Shown: positions 18,148 to 27,613 of the stretch, in pieces
Numbering within the stretch: position 1 is the stretch's first letter
How the letters are laid out: the number at the start of each line of letters is the position of its first letter
Made by a program: the position numbers and the translations under genes
Assembly: GCA_964631075.1 (NCBI GenBank)
Contig: CAZVYP010000002.1
Location: 1 to 60,956, forward strand
Length of the DNA stretch: 60,956 nucleotides
Direction of reading: 5' to 3'
Origin: an uncultured Methanocellales archaeon
GTDB lineage: Archaea > Halobacteriota > JAWCLZ01
The notes under the pieces: model-generated
The model's input: only the letters and a program-made list of their open reading frames with translations
Database searches by the model: none
What the model was told of the DNA's origin: nothing

Positions 18148-19692
18148 TCATCCACCTTTGAGGGATTTCTCCACAGTGCATTTAAGCTCACGCTTCGCCC
18201 CTTCGATTTGCTTGATTTTATTATTAACCAGCTTTTTATCGCTATCCAGAGCTTTTTTGCTTACCGCGATCATTCGGATAACTTCCCCCGGTGACGGCCC
18301 GCCTTTGCCTTTTCGAACTTCAACATTTTGCTTAACATCAAGCGCTTTCTCAAGCAGTTCCTCAGTAAGTCCACGCGTGCTAAGCTTTTTACCTGTTACC
18401 TCCAGCGCAGCTTTATCAACTGCCTTTAAATTCACCGCTTTTCCCCTTGCAGCTATACCAACAATTTGATGAGCAGTTCTGAACGGGACGTTGCACGAGC
18501 GCACAATTGAATCCGCAAGCTCGGTAGCCACTGTGAAGCCCGCCGGAGCCATTTCTTCCATCCTTTTCTCATTCACTTTCATGGTGCCGATCACACCGAT
18601 GCAGATCCTGACCGAAGCACGAGTTGTATTCATGGCGATCAGCAGATGAGGTGTTACCTCCTGCAGATCGCGGTTGTAGCTCATCGGCAGCGCCTTGCAA
18701 ATCGTAATAGCTGAGAACAAATTCCCCGCAACCGTACTCGCTTTTGCCCTTACAAGCTCAAGTACGTCGGGATTTTTCTTCTGCGGCATTATCGAGCTGG
18801 TGGAAGCATATCCCTCGCTGAGCTCTATGAATCCGAACTCAGGGGTGCTCCAGATTATCAGCTCTTCCGATATCCTGCTGAGACTCACCATCAAATTTGC
18901 CATCACTGCCAGAGCTTCGATGATGAAATCACGGGTTGAAACCGCGTCCATTGAATTCACGATCAAATCATCGAAACCAAGCAACTTTGCGGTCAGCTCG
19001 CGGTCGACATCAAAGCCTGTCGAGGCAAAAGCAGCGCTTCCCAGCGGGTTCAAATTCACCCGGGCATAAGCTTCAAAACCCCGGTCGAAATCACGCTCAA
19101 AAGCACCGGAGTAAGCGAGCAGGTGATGCGCGAGAGTTGTGGGCTGCGCGTGCTGCATATGCGTGAAACCAGGCATAATGGTATTAACATGCTGCCCCGC
19201 TTTTTTCAGCAAAGCTGATCTTAATCGGAGAAGCTCATTCATCAAACCAAGCAACTCACCCCTCAGCGCTATCCTGATGCAGGTCGCTACTTCATCATTT
19301 CGAGACCTTGCCACGTGCATCTTCCCACCGATCTCTTCACCAATTTCCTTTATTACATTCGATTCAATGGCAATGTGCACATCGTCGTGCTTTGCAAGAT
19401 CCAGAGCTTCAACACCTCTCTGCTCGATTTTATTAAGTGCTCGAAGGATCCGCGCGCAGTCCTGCCCGGCAATAATTCCCTTACGGCAGAGCATCACCGC
19501 GTGTGCCCTGTCCACCATTAAATCAGCATTGAAAATCCATTTATCAGCCTCTAACGAAGCGGTAAATTTTTTAACTTCATCAGAAGCCTCTCCTTTGAAC
19601 CTTCCACGGCGCAAAATATCGCTTGACATCTGTTCGCTCACCCTGCAAGTTGAAGACATTGTCTGCGAGATATTTAATTTTTTGCGAGCCAT
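18148..19692 (-). CDS. argH: argininosuccinate lyase
   Basis: 514 aa with fumarate-lyase family signatures (SRNDEV, GFTHMQHAQP, SSIMPQKKNPD). The first ~21 codons look like an overextension. An internal ATG at 19629 (MSSDILRRGRF) is a plausible true start. Confidence 0.93.
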   Translation of the reverse strand: MARKKLNISQTMSSTCRVSEQMSSDILRRGRFKGEASDEVKKFTASLEADKWIFNADLMVDRAHAVMLCRKGIIAGQDCARILRALNKIEQRGVEALDLAKHDDVHIAIESNVIKEIGEEIGGKMHVARSRNDEVATCIRIALRGELLGLMNELLRLRSALLKKAGQHVNTIMPGFTHMQHAQPTTLAHHLLAYSGAFERDFDRGFEAYARVNLNPLGSAAFASTGFDVDRELTAKLLGFDDLIVNSMDAVSTRDFIIEALAVMANLMVSLSRISEELIIWSTPEFGFIELSEGYASTSSIMPQKKNPDVLELVRAKASTVAGNLFSAITICKALPMSYNRDLQEVTPHLLIAMNTTRASVRICIGVIGTMKVNEKRMEEMAPAGFTVATELADSIVRSCNVPFRTAHQIVGIAARGKAVNLKAVDKAALEVTGKKLSTRGLTEELLEKALDVKQNVEVRKGKGGPSPGEVIRMIAVSKKALDSDKKLVNNKIKQIEGAKRELKCTVEKSLKGG

Positions 19693-19695
19693 CGG

Positions 19696-20073
19696 CTAAC
19701 TCAGTACTGCAACCGCCTCAATTTCAATATCAACATCTCTCGGCAGCCCTGAAACCTCTACGGTGGAGCGCGCAGGCGGACTTTCTTTGAAGCACTCGGC
19801 ATATACTTCGTTCATAGCTGCAAAATCCTTCATGTGCTTGAGAAAAACCGTGGTCTTGACCACATTTTCAAGCGACATTCCTTCAGATTGCAGTATCGCT
19901 TTGATGTTCTCCAGCACTTGGCTGGTTTGATGCTTGATATCGCCTCTGACAGGCTCGCCGCTTGCGGATAGTGGTATTTGACCGGATATGAAAACGAATT
20001 GCCCCGCTCTTATAGCCTGAGAATATGGGCCAATTGCTTTCGGTGCTTTATCGCTTTTAAGTGCCTTTTTCAT
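19696..20073 (-). CDS. ridA: RidA/YjgF-family reactive-intermediate deaminase
   Basis: 125 aa. [12 protein letters not shown]...GQIP...ARSTVEV matches the RidA family. Confidence 0.9.
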   Translation of the reverse strand: MKKALKSDKAPKAIGPYSQAIRAGQFVFISGQIPLSASGEPVRGDIKHQTSQVLENIKAILQSEGMSLENVVKTTVFLKHMKDFAAMNEVYAECFKESPPARSTVEVSGLPRDVDIEIEAVAVLS

Positions 20074-20234
20074 TTCCCCTTGCTCTCCCTGTCCACCATT
20101 ATCTCCACCCTGCTCCAGTCAGGCTCTACTTTCTTTAGCTTGCTAACCGTGCCTTCGATCATTCCTGCGAAGATCTCCTGAACAAATTTGTTCGTCGGAA
20201 TTTTTTTCCCGTCAATTTTTATCTCGACTTTCAT
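20070..20234 (-). CDS. small conserved-looking hypothetical protein (54 aa), translationally coupled to ridA
   Basis: Below the track's 60-aa cutoff. My translation is [61 protein letters not shown] lies 5 nt upstream of the ATG, and the stop overlaps the ridA ATG (ATGA). Confidence 0.55.
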   Translation of the reverse strand: MKVEIKIDGKKIPTNKFVQEIFAGMIEGTVSKLKKVEPDWSRVEIMVDRESKGK

Positions 20235-20255
20235 TATTTCACCTCGTTTAAAGAT

Positions 20256-20711
20256 CTAATCAAAGGTAACTTCTCCACTACTTCCAATATATATCTCAAA
20301 ATCTCCTGTGATCACGCGATTCTCAATCTTATCTTTTTTCTCAGCATTTATTCTTGCGATCAACTCAATCGAGTTTAGCTTCACCTTTATTTTATTTCGA
20401 TCCGCTTCTTTGAAAATCAACCCGGGAATATCAAGCACGTCCACTCCTTTTTCAACTCTCACCTTCAAAGGCGCCGTTAAAACACCGTATTCCCTTAGCG
20501 TCGCCTTTGCTTTTTCCAGATTAAGCCTCGCCCTCTTTTCAATAGTGCTGACATTTGCCCTGCTGGTGCCCAGCATCTGCGCGATCTCCCTCTGCGTGTA
20601 CCCCTCATTTCGAAGCTTCAACACCTTCTTCTGTTCATCGGTTAAAAGAGAGCCCGCAGCCTTCATCGCAGAAAGATCTCCATCTGGAGATATAAACATT
20701 ATGTGAAACAA
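20256..20711 (-). CDS. tfx: Tfx-family DNA-binding transcription regulator
   Basis: 151 aa. LTDEQKKVLKLRNEGYTQREIAQMLGTSRANVSTIEKRARLNLEKA is the Tfx N-terminal HTH. The true start may be an internal Met (MKAAGS). Confidence 0.85.
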   Translation of the reverse strand: MFHIMFISPDGDLSAMKAAGSLLTDEQKKVLKLRNEGYTQREIAQMLGTSRANVSTIEKRARLNLEKAKATLREYGVLTAPLKVRVEKGVDVLDIPGLIFKEADRNKIKVKLNSIELIARINAEKKDKIENRVITGDFEIYIGSSGEVTFD

Positions 20712-20726
20712 TAAAAATAAAAAAAG

Positions 20727-21622
20727 TTATAGCAGCAAGTCGTCTGTGAATGAATCGCTTATAGTTGGCGTCTGATATATGCAATATGCCTTTGCATAGT
20801 CATAAGCTTCCTCGACTGTCACATCGCTTATGCCAGGAATGCTGTCGTACTTATCTGCCAGCCCCTGCAGCATTCCCTTATCGGCAAAATAGTATGTGAA
20901 CTGGCCATTCTGCAGGCTGTCGAATTCATAGGAGTAGCCGTTCTCTGTGCTCGCCATTGCGATTACCCTATCGGGTGCTTTCAAGTCTGTCATACCGCCA
21001 GCGAGACAGCTATCAAATATGAACACTATCCTATCGGTTTTAAAGTCGCTGAACCAGTCTCTTAATTCCCCATCCCAAATGTAGACCAATTTGGAGCCAT
21101 CGTGAGCAACTATTGCCTCGTCGATTGTTTCTGCATCATTATCGCTGGCTTTCCCTTTACCTCCGTGTCCGCTGAAGAAGAACACAACTTCGTCACCGGG
21201 TTGTGCTTTTGATTTTATGTCATTAATAGCCGAGTATATTGCAGTCCGTGTCGCATCGAGATTTGTGAACAACATAATATTCCCTAAGGGAAAGTCATAA
21301 TTCTGAATCAAAGTGTTTTTCATATCAGTTGCGTCGTCATCCGCATAGCTAATATAAGGTCACTTCCTGTGCCTGGATAATCGGAGATACCGATTATGAT
21401 GGCGTAGCGGTTCTTCCCACTTCCCAGCGGTACCGATATGCCTGTTGCCGCTGGTCCAGATGGCTTACCCTGTCCTTTGGATCCCTTCACAGTTACTTTT
21501 TTAACCAGTTCGACATCTGTTGCATGAACTGGTTTGTCTTTATCCTGACTGGCGCTGACCATCGTAAGCGGCACTGCTAAAGCCAGCGTTGCGATTATTA
21601 TTAAAGTAAAAATTTTTCTCAT
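20727..21622 (-). pseudogene. secreted caspase-like (C14/C13 fold) cysteine peptidase split by a 1-nt frameshift near 21356
   Basis: Track ORFs 21320..21622 and 20727..21323 are one gene. The first part has a signal peptide and RYAIIIGISDYPGTGSDL. After a -1 shift the second part reads YISYADDDATDMKNTL..., with the His box FFFSGHGG and the Cys box FIFDSCLAGGM. A TGA in the downstream frame, 2 codons before YIS, pins the shift site. Confidence 0.7.
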
Positions 21623-21780
21623 TAATTATTTTGCCCCAATTATGAATAAAATCAGAGATTTATAAAGATTTCTGACATAATGATGAAGCGGAGCGCTATG
21701 TCTGATTTTTCCTTCCTCTCTAGCTATAAGGAAATTATCAAATATATGAAACGATGTTAAAGAGGGAGTGGTGAGGGTTA

Positions 21781-22635
21781 ATGAAGGCAGAAATAGGGAT
21801 AATTGGTGGTAGCGGGCTTTACAGCACAGATATAATTAAAGAAAAGCAGAAGATTGAGATCGACACGCCATTCGGCAAACCCAGTGATGCAGTTACCCTT
21901 GGAGTTATTGGCGGTCGAGAGATAGCATTTCTGCCCCGCCACGGCACAGGCCACAGGATCTCACCGAGCGAGATAAACGCGAGAGCGAATATTTTTGCCC
22001 TTAAAAAGCTTGGAGTTAAGCGAATAATATCAATTTCCGCTGTTGGAAGCCTGAAGGAAGAAATCAAGCCTCTGAACATAGTTGTGCCTGACCAGCTCTT
22101 TGACAGAACAAAAACCAGGCCACCGACCTTTTTCTCAAATGGAATCGTCACCCACGTTGGCTTCGCCGATCCATTCTGCCCGGAGCTATCAAAATTGCTA
22201 ATTGAAACAGCTACAAAAAAGAAATATAAAGTCCATGGAAAAGGCACTTATGTCTGCATAGAAGGCCCTCAATTTTCAACCCGCGCGGAGTCAAGGGTAA
22301 ACAGGCAGCTCGGCTTTGACATAGTCGGTATGACAGCTCTTCCGGAGGCAAAGCTGGCGAGAGAGGCAGAAATATGCTACGCAACGATCGCAACAGTAAC
22401 AGATTACGACGTCTGGTACGAGCGGGATGTAAACGTGGAGATAATTCTTGAGAATATGAAGAAAAATGAAGCAGCGGTGCAGGAGATTTTGAAGAACACC
22501 ATACCGGCGATTCCGGCAGAGGGCAAGTGCGGCTGCCAGAGTGCCCTGGCCGGAGCAATTGTAACAGTTGCTGATAAAATCTCGCGAGAGCGCAAAGTCC
22601 TGCTCCAGCCGCTGATCGGAAAATATGTTAAGTGA
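21781..22635 (+). CDS. mtnP: S-methyl-5'-thioadenosine phosphorylase
   Basis: 284 aa. IGIIGGSGLY, FLPRHGTGHRISPSEINARANIFALKKLGV and GMTALPEAKLAREAE match the MTAP/PNP family. Confidence 0.9.
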   Translation: MKAEIGIIGGSGLYSTDIIKEKQKIEIDTPFGKPSDAVTLGVIGGREIAFLPRHGTGHRISPSEINARANIFALKKLGVKRIISISAVGSLKEEIKPLNIVVPDQLFDRTKTRPPTFFSNGIVTHVGFADPFCPELSKLLIETATKKKYKVHGKGTYVCIEGPQFSTRAESRVNRQLGFDIVGMTALPEAKLAREAEICYATIATVTDYDVWYERDVNVEIILENMKKNEAAVQEILKNTIPAIPAEGKCGCQSALAGAIVTVADKISRERKVLLQPLIGKYVK

Positions 22636-22644
22636 GCATAGATT

Positions 22645-23436
22645 ATGGCAAAGAGGCCGGGGATTCTGGTAACAAACGACGATGGCGTTTACTCTTCAGG
22701 CATTTTTGCAGCATATGAGAGCGTTAAAAATTTAGGCAGCGCAACAATCGTGGCGCCAGCTACTCAGAAAAGCGCTGTGGGAAGATCGCTTTCGGTTTTT
22801 GATCCTATCAGAGTTAATAAAATCCGGGTAAACAGTATCGAAGCATATTCAGTCGGAGGGACTCCAACAGATGCAGTTATCCTTTGGATATATACAATTT
22901 TGAATCAGAAGCCAGGGCTGATTTTATCAGGATTCAATGCAGGTGAGAACCTGAGCACCGAATCACTCACAACATCAGGCACTGTCTGCACAGCACTCGA
23001 AGCAGCCTCTCATGGAATCCCCGCTATCGCGGCATCGGTTCAGGTGGTTGAAGAGCGATTCAAGTTTGAAGAAAACCTTTCTCCTAGCAACTTCGATGTA
23101 CCCAAGAAAGTGGTCAATAGTATTGCCTCAAAGGTGCTGGGTAAAGGGCTTCCTGAAAATGTCGATCTGCTTAATATAAATTTCCCTGCGAGCATAAGCA
23201 AAGATACCGAGATCGAGATAACGCATCTCGCCAAAAAGGTATATAGCACCAAGGCTGAGAAGAGGCAGGATCCAAGAGGTAGAACTTATTACTGGATCGA
23301 CGGCGAGCTGATACGTGAGGCAGAGAAAGGGAGCGATGTCCATGCCGTGCTTAAAAAAGGCAATATCTCAATCACGCCTCTCACTCTTGATTCAACCGCG
23401 CGGATTGATTTAAAAAAGATCGAGGATTTGATTTGA
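22645..23436 (+). CDS. surE: 5'/3'-nucleotidase SurE
   Basis: 263 aa with the N-terminal ILVTNDDGVYSSGI and GFNAGENL motifs. Confidence 0.93.
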   Translation: MAKRPGILVTNDDGVYSSGIFAAYESVKNLGSATIVAPATQKSAVGRSLSVFDPIRVNKIRVNSIEAYSVGGTPTDAVILWIYTILNQKPGLILSGFNAGENLSTESLTTSGTVCTALEAASHGIPAIAASVQVVEERFKFEENLSPSNFDVPKKVVNSIASKVLGKGLPENVDLLNINFPASISKDTEIEITHLAKKVYSTKAEKRQDPRGRTYYWIDGELIREAEKGSDVHAVLKKGNISITPLTLDSTARIDLKKIEDLI

Positions 23437-24137
23437 TGACTGTAGATAAAATAAAGGAAAAGAGAGAGCTTGACAAAAAAATTGTCGGCGAATTTGCAGC
23501 AAAGCTCGTGAAGGATGGAATGGTCATCGGCCTTGGAACTGGCTCTACAACGGCTTATGCAATCAAAAAGATCGGGGGAAGGATCAGAAGGGAGAAAATA
23601 AGCGTACTGGGTATCGCTACTTCACATCAGGCTGAAATGATGGCCCTTTCCAGCGGCATTCCACTGACAACTCTGGAAGAGCATCCCGTCGTGGATCTGA
23701 CGATCGACGGCGCGGATCAGGTTGACCCTAATCTGCATCTGATCAAAGGAGGCGGTGGTGCCCATACCAAGGAGAAAATTGTGGCGCTGGCTTCAAAGCG
23801 ATTCGTGGTAGTTGTGGATGAGAGCAAAGTCGTAAAAGTTCTGAGCCGCGCGGTTCCGCTTGAGATCCTTCCCTTTGCCAGAGCTTTTGTTGAAAAGCAG
23901 ATTGCTAGACTGGGAGGGAGCGCACATCTGAGGATGGCAAAAGCCGAAAAAGCAGGGCCGATTATAAGCGACAATGGCAATTTTATTGTCGATGCGGATT
24001 TTGGCGAGATACGGGATGCAAAAAAGCTGGATCTGGATCTGAATCAGATTGAGGGCATTATTGCACACGGAGTTTTCACTATTAAAAACGAGGTATATAT
24101 CGGGAAAAATGGAAAAGTAGTGCAGCTGAAAAAATAG
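23433..24137 (+). CDS. rpiA: ribose-5-phosphate isomerase A
   Basis: 234 aa with GLGTGSTT, IDGADQVD and LIKGGGGAHTKEKIVA. It overlaps the surE stop by 4 nt. Confidence 0.93.
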   Translation: MMTVDKIKEKRELDKKIVGEFAAKLVKDGMVIGLGTGSTTAYAIKKIGGRIRREKISVLGIATSHQAEMMALSSGIPLTTLEEHPVVDLTIDGADQVDPNLHLIKGGGGAHTKEKIVALASKRFVVVVDESKVVKVLSRAVPLEILPFARAFVEKQIARLGGSAHLRMAKAEKAGPIISDNGNFIVDADFGEIRDAKKLDLDLNQIEGIIAHGVFTIKNEVYIGKNGKVVQLKK

Positions 24138-24140
24138 CTG

Positions 24141-24554
24141 CTACTCTGCACCCTTCTCTGTTTTCTCAAGAGATCGGCTCAGGTTGCGAAGTCGTGCGAT
24201 ATTCTTGAGATCCTGCTCTGCCTCTCTTTGCTTTCTCTGCTCAAAGTAATTTATGATTTCTTTTAACGGCACTGAGAGTTTATAGCATTTCAGAGGTCTG
24301 CCTTTACCTTCTTTTTTTATCTCTCTTTCCTCAATCCAGCCTTCTTCCCTGAGCTCACGCATTGCAATGCTGACCTCGGGCTGCCTCAGATCTGCGCCCA
24401 GCTCTATATCTCTGGACACTGTTTCACCTGCATTGGCAAGGTAGATCAGCGTTCTCGCAACGTTTCTCTTCAGCCCGATATTTATAAGCGTACCCGCAAA
24501 TTCCTCATCTTTCTCATCCAGAACAAAAACTTGCTCTTTCCTCATAGAACTCAA
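24141..24554 (-). CDS. winged-helix transcription regulator (ArsR/MarR-like)
   Basis: 137 aa. VARTLIYLANAGETVSRDIELGADLRQPEVSIAMRELREEGWIEEREIKKEGKGRPLKCYKL gives an HTH plus a wing. Confidence 0.65.
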   Translation of the reverse strand: MSSMRKEQVFVLDEKDEEFAGTLINIGLKRNVARTLIYLANAGETVSRDIELGADLRQPEVSIAMRELREEGWIEEREIKKEGKGRPLKCYKLSVPLKEIINYFEQRKQREAEQDLKNIARLRNLSRSLEKTEKGAE

Positions 24555-24953
24555 ACCCCATGTTTCATAACTGGCTTTTAATATTGGCCCCCATTATCTC
24601 CAATATATGTTTATTATCCTTAATATATTTAAGGGATTTATAGATAAGTACTTCATTTATTTATATCTTGCGATTAATTGCTTCAGTTCCGTATTGTTAT
24701 TGATAAGCTTAAAATCTAAATTTAAATATTATTGTAATAATTAAATACAGGATTCACATCCGATTATAGCGCCCTGACTTCAATAATTATAAGACGCTTT
24801 AATCAATTTGTTGCTATGAGGAAACAAAGTCCTGGTATCGACCTGTAAACAGCCAAAAATAATTTATAAGAATATTAAAATAAAACAACAATTCGATAAT
24901 TCTGTCATCGCAAAACAGCTTTTAAATAATCAGCACCCCAATATTTTGCTTCA

Positions 24954-25757
24954 ATGAAACTCGGTGCAAAAATTGCGAATATCAAAGCAGCACTAAAGGC
25001 AAAGCAGAGCATGCTCGTGGCATTCTCAGGAGGAGTCGATAGCTCGGTTGTGGCAGCGCTAGCTTTTCAAGCACTGGGCAAAAATGCCATTGCTGTTACA
25101 GCCGCATCCGAGACGCTGCCTCCATTCGAGCTTGAAAATGCCATTGAGGTTGCTAAGAAAATCGGCATAGCCCATAAAATCGTTAAATTCAGCGAACTCG
25201 ATGTCGAGGAGTTCAGGATGAATCCTCCAGAACGTTGCTACTACTGCAAGAAGAGCCTGCTACAGGTATTGAAGAAAGTAGCGGAAAAAGAAGGGTTGAA
25301 AGTGATAGCTGATGGCACCAATGCGGATGATAAACTGGCCCATAGACCAGGAATAAAAGCACTCGGCGAGTTCAACGTGTTCTCACCCCTCGCAGAGCTT
25401 GGCGTAAGCAAGGCAGAGGTCAGAGCAATCGCGACAAAACTTGGACTGCCAAATGCGGATAAGCCATCGATGGCGTGCATTGCCTCGCGCTTCCCATATG
25501 GACAGAAGATTACAATGGAAAAGCTGGATAGAGTTAAAAAAGCTGAGGCATTTTTAATGAAGCTGGGATTCAGGCAGATCAGGGTAAGAGACCACGAAGG
25601 AATCGCGCGGATCGAGGTGCTGCCTGATGAGCAAAAAGGGATTTTGAAAAACAGCGTGAAAATTGCAGGCGAAATGAGAAAGCTCGGCTACCGATATATA
25701 ACCCTGGATTTAGAAGGATACAGATCCGGGAGCATGGATGAAGTGCTGATAAAATGA
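24954..25757 (+). CDS. PP-loop ATP pyrophosphatase, LarE-like sulfur transferase family (TIGR00268-type)
   Basis: 267 aa with PP-loop AFSGGVDSSVV and a conserved Cys region (PSMACIASRFPYG). The family call is from memory. Confidence 0.75.
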   Translation: MKLGAKIANIKAALKAKQSMLVAFSGGVDSSVVAALAFQALGKNAIAVTAASETLPPFELENAIEVAKKIGIAHKIVKFSELDVEEFRMNPPERCYYCKKSLLQVLKKVAEKEGLKVIADGTNADDKLAHRPGIKALGEFNVFSPLAELGVSKAEVRAIATKLGLPNADKPSMACIASRFPYGQKITMEKLDRVKKAEAFLMKLGFRQIRVRDHEGIARIEVLPDEQKGILKNSVKIAGEMRKLGYRYITLDLEGYRSGSMDEVLIK

Positions 25758-25785
25758 ATCCAAAACTCTTTTCAATCTTGAGCAC

Positions 25786-26982
25786 ATGTTTTTTAGAAGT
25801 ATGTACGACATCAGTAAAGTGCGCATGGATTTCCCGATTTTAAGCAGGGTAATATACCTCGACTGCGCAGCTACGAGCCTGAAGCCAGTGCAGGTTTTAG
25901 AGGCAATGAAAGAGTTTTTCTATGAATACTCGGGCAACTACGGCAGAGGCGCGCACAGATTAGCAAGAGAGTCAACGGAGCGATATGAAAGCGTACGCGA
26001 GAGTGCGGCGAAATTTATAGGTGCCAGGCCAGAGCAGTTTTTCTTCACAAAAAATACCACTGAAGCAATAAATGCGGTAGCATTAGGTCTTGAGTGGCAA
26101 AAAGGCGACCAAGTGATAGCCACCTCCGTCGAGCATCATTCAAACCTCCTCCCCTGGCAGCGATTGCAAAAGCAGGGTGTAAAACTCGAGGTCGTCGAAG
26201 CTGGCAAAACTGGAGCAGTTAGCGCCGGTGCAATCGAAGCTGCTATAAAAAAACAAACAAAACTTATTTCCATTTCTCACGTCTCCAATGCTCTTGGAGC
26301 CACGCAGCCAGTGGAAGAGATAGCAAAAATCGCGCGCGATAGCGGTGCCATGGTGCTCATCGACGCAGCGCAGTCCCTCGGACACTTAGAAGTGAATGTA
26401 AAAAAACTGGGGTGCGACTTCCTCGCATTCTCGGGGCATAAAGGACTCCTCGGCCCTCAGGGTACAGGCGCGCTGTATGCACGCGACCTTTCCCTTCTAA
26501 CCCCGATTTTCGCGGGTGGAGGTGCGGTGCATAACGTTACTGCTTCGAGCTTTAAGTGGCTTGAGTCACCTGCCCGCTTCGAAGCTGGAACACCGAATCT
26601 ACCGGGCATAATCGGGCTTGGTAAAGGCATAGAGTATGTGGAAAAGATCGGTGTAGCGAATATTGGCCAGCACATAGAAAATTTAAGCTCATATCTCGCT
26701 CGAAATTTAGAGAGCATAAAAAACGTGGAGACCTATGGTCCGAATAAGAAACATGGCATTGTTTCCTTTAACATTAAAGGTATTAACTGCCACGATGTGG
26801 CAATGATCCTGGACGAGACCAAAAAGATCTGCATCAGGAGCGGACATCACTGTGCCTCCCTTGCTATGGAATTAATAGGCGTCGAAGGTACGGTAAGAGC
26901 TTCATTTGGTTTATATAACACAAAGGAAGAAGTTGATATTTTAGTAGAAACTATTAAAATCATGGCTAAAGATCTGGTGTGA
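25786..26982 (+). CDS. cysteine desulfurase (class V aminotransferase, SufS/CsdA-like)
   Basis: 398 aa with the PLP-lysine region FSGHKGLLGPQGTGALY and the active-site RSGHHCA. The true start may be an internal Met (MYDISKV). Confidence 0.88.
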   Translation: MFFRSMYDISKVRMDFPILSRVIYLDCAATSLKPVQVLEAMKEFFYEYSGNYGRGAHRLARESTERYESVRESAAKFIGARPEQFFFTKNTTEAINAVALGLEWQKGDQVIATSVEHHSNLLPWQRLQKQGVKLEVVEAGKTGAVSAGAIEAAIKKQTKLISISHVSNALGATQPVEEIAKIARDSGAMVLIDAAQSLGHLEVNVKKLGCDFLAFSGHKGLLGPQGTGALYARDLSLLTPIFAGGGAVHNVTASSFKWLESPARFEAGTPNLPGIIGLGKGIEYVEKIGVANIGQHIENLSSYLARNLESIKNVETYGPNKKHGIVSFNIKGINCHDVAMILDETKKICIRSGHHCASLAMELIGVEGTVRASFGLYNTKEEVDILVETIKIMAKDLV

Positions 26983-27611
26983 ATATGGAAAAAGATATGA
27001 TTCGAACATGCACAAGCCACGGTTACTTCAGGGGAGAGAAGTGCAAATGCGGGGATAACGGGCGGTTTGTGCTATCATCATACAAAGCTGATAAGTTAGG
27101 GAGAATCGTGAGTGGAGCGCTTCGCCATTTTCCACAGGAGCTAGGGCTAAGTGTGGATAAACAGGGCTGGGTGGTTTACGACGAACTGATTAAAGCAGTG
27201 CAAACACGATATCCCTGGGCAAGAGACTTTCACATCAAGGCACTTGTTGAATCCGACGAAAAAGGCAGGTATCAGATAAAAGATGGCAAAATAAGGGCAA
27301 CATACGGGCACTCCATCGACGTTGAGCTGGATCATCCCCTGAATGACCAGCCAATGTTATACTACGGCACGAGTGAGGAAGAAGCAGAGATGATTCTCGT
27401 GTCAGGCTTAAAACCGGTTAAGCAGCGCTATGTTCACCTGAGCAGGACAATCGAAAATGCGGTTACCGTTGCAAACATTCACACCGACAAACCCATAATC
27501 GTGACGGTAGACGCAAAGGGAGCGAGCGAGAGCGGGATAAAAATTATGAAAGTCGGAGACATATGCCTCTCAGACCCGATACCCGCGAATTTCCTGAGCA
27601 TAAAAACATAG
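26979..27611 (+). CDS. kptA: RNA 2'-phosphotransferase (Tpt1/KptA) with N-terminal Cys/His extension
   Basis: 210 aa with LRHFPQELGLSVDKQGWV, YGHS and VHLS motifs. About 35 extra N-terminal residues carry C-x2-H...C-x-C. It overlaps the upstream stop by 4 nt. Confidence 0.85.
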   Translation: MNMEKDMIRTCTSHGYFRGEKCKCGDNGRFVLSSYKADKLGRIVSGALRHFPQELGLSVDKQGWVVYDELIKAVQTRYPWARDFHIKALVESDEKGRYQIKDGKIRATYGHSIDVELDHPLNDQPMLYYGTSEEEAEMILVSGLKPVKQRYVHLSRTIENAVTVANIHTDKPIIVTVDAKGASESGIKIMKVGDICLSDPIPANFLSIKT

Positions 27612-27613
27612 GA

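Noticed and set aside
19139-19699. 186-aa + strand ORF
   Set aside because: It is antisense to argH, which carries clear fumarate-lyase signatures.
24555-24953. 400-nt AT-rich intergenic region as a replication origin or ncRNA locus
   Set aside because: There are no ORB-like repeats, no cdc6/orc1 gene nearby, and no GC-rich stems suggesting a structured RNA. The simplest reading is a divergent promoter region.
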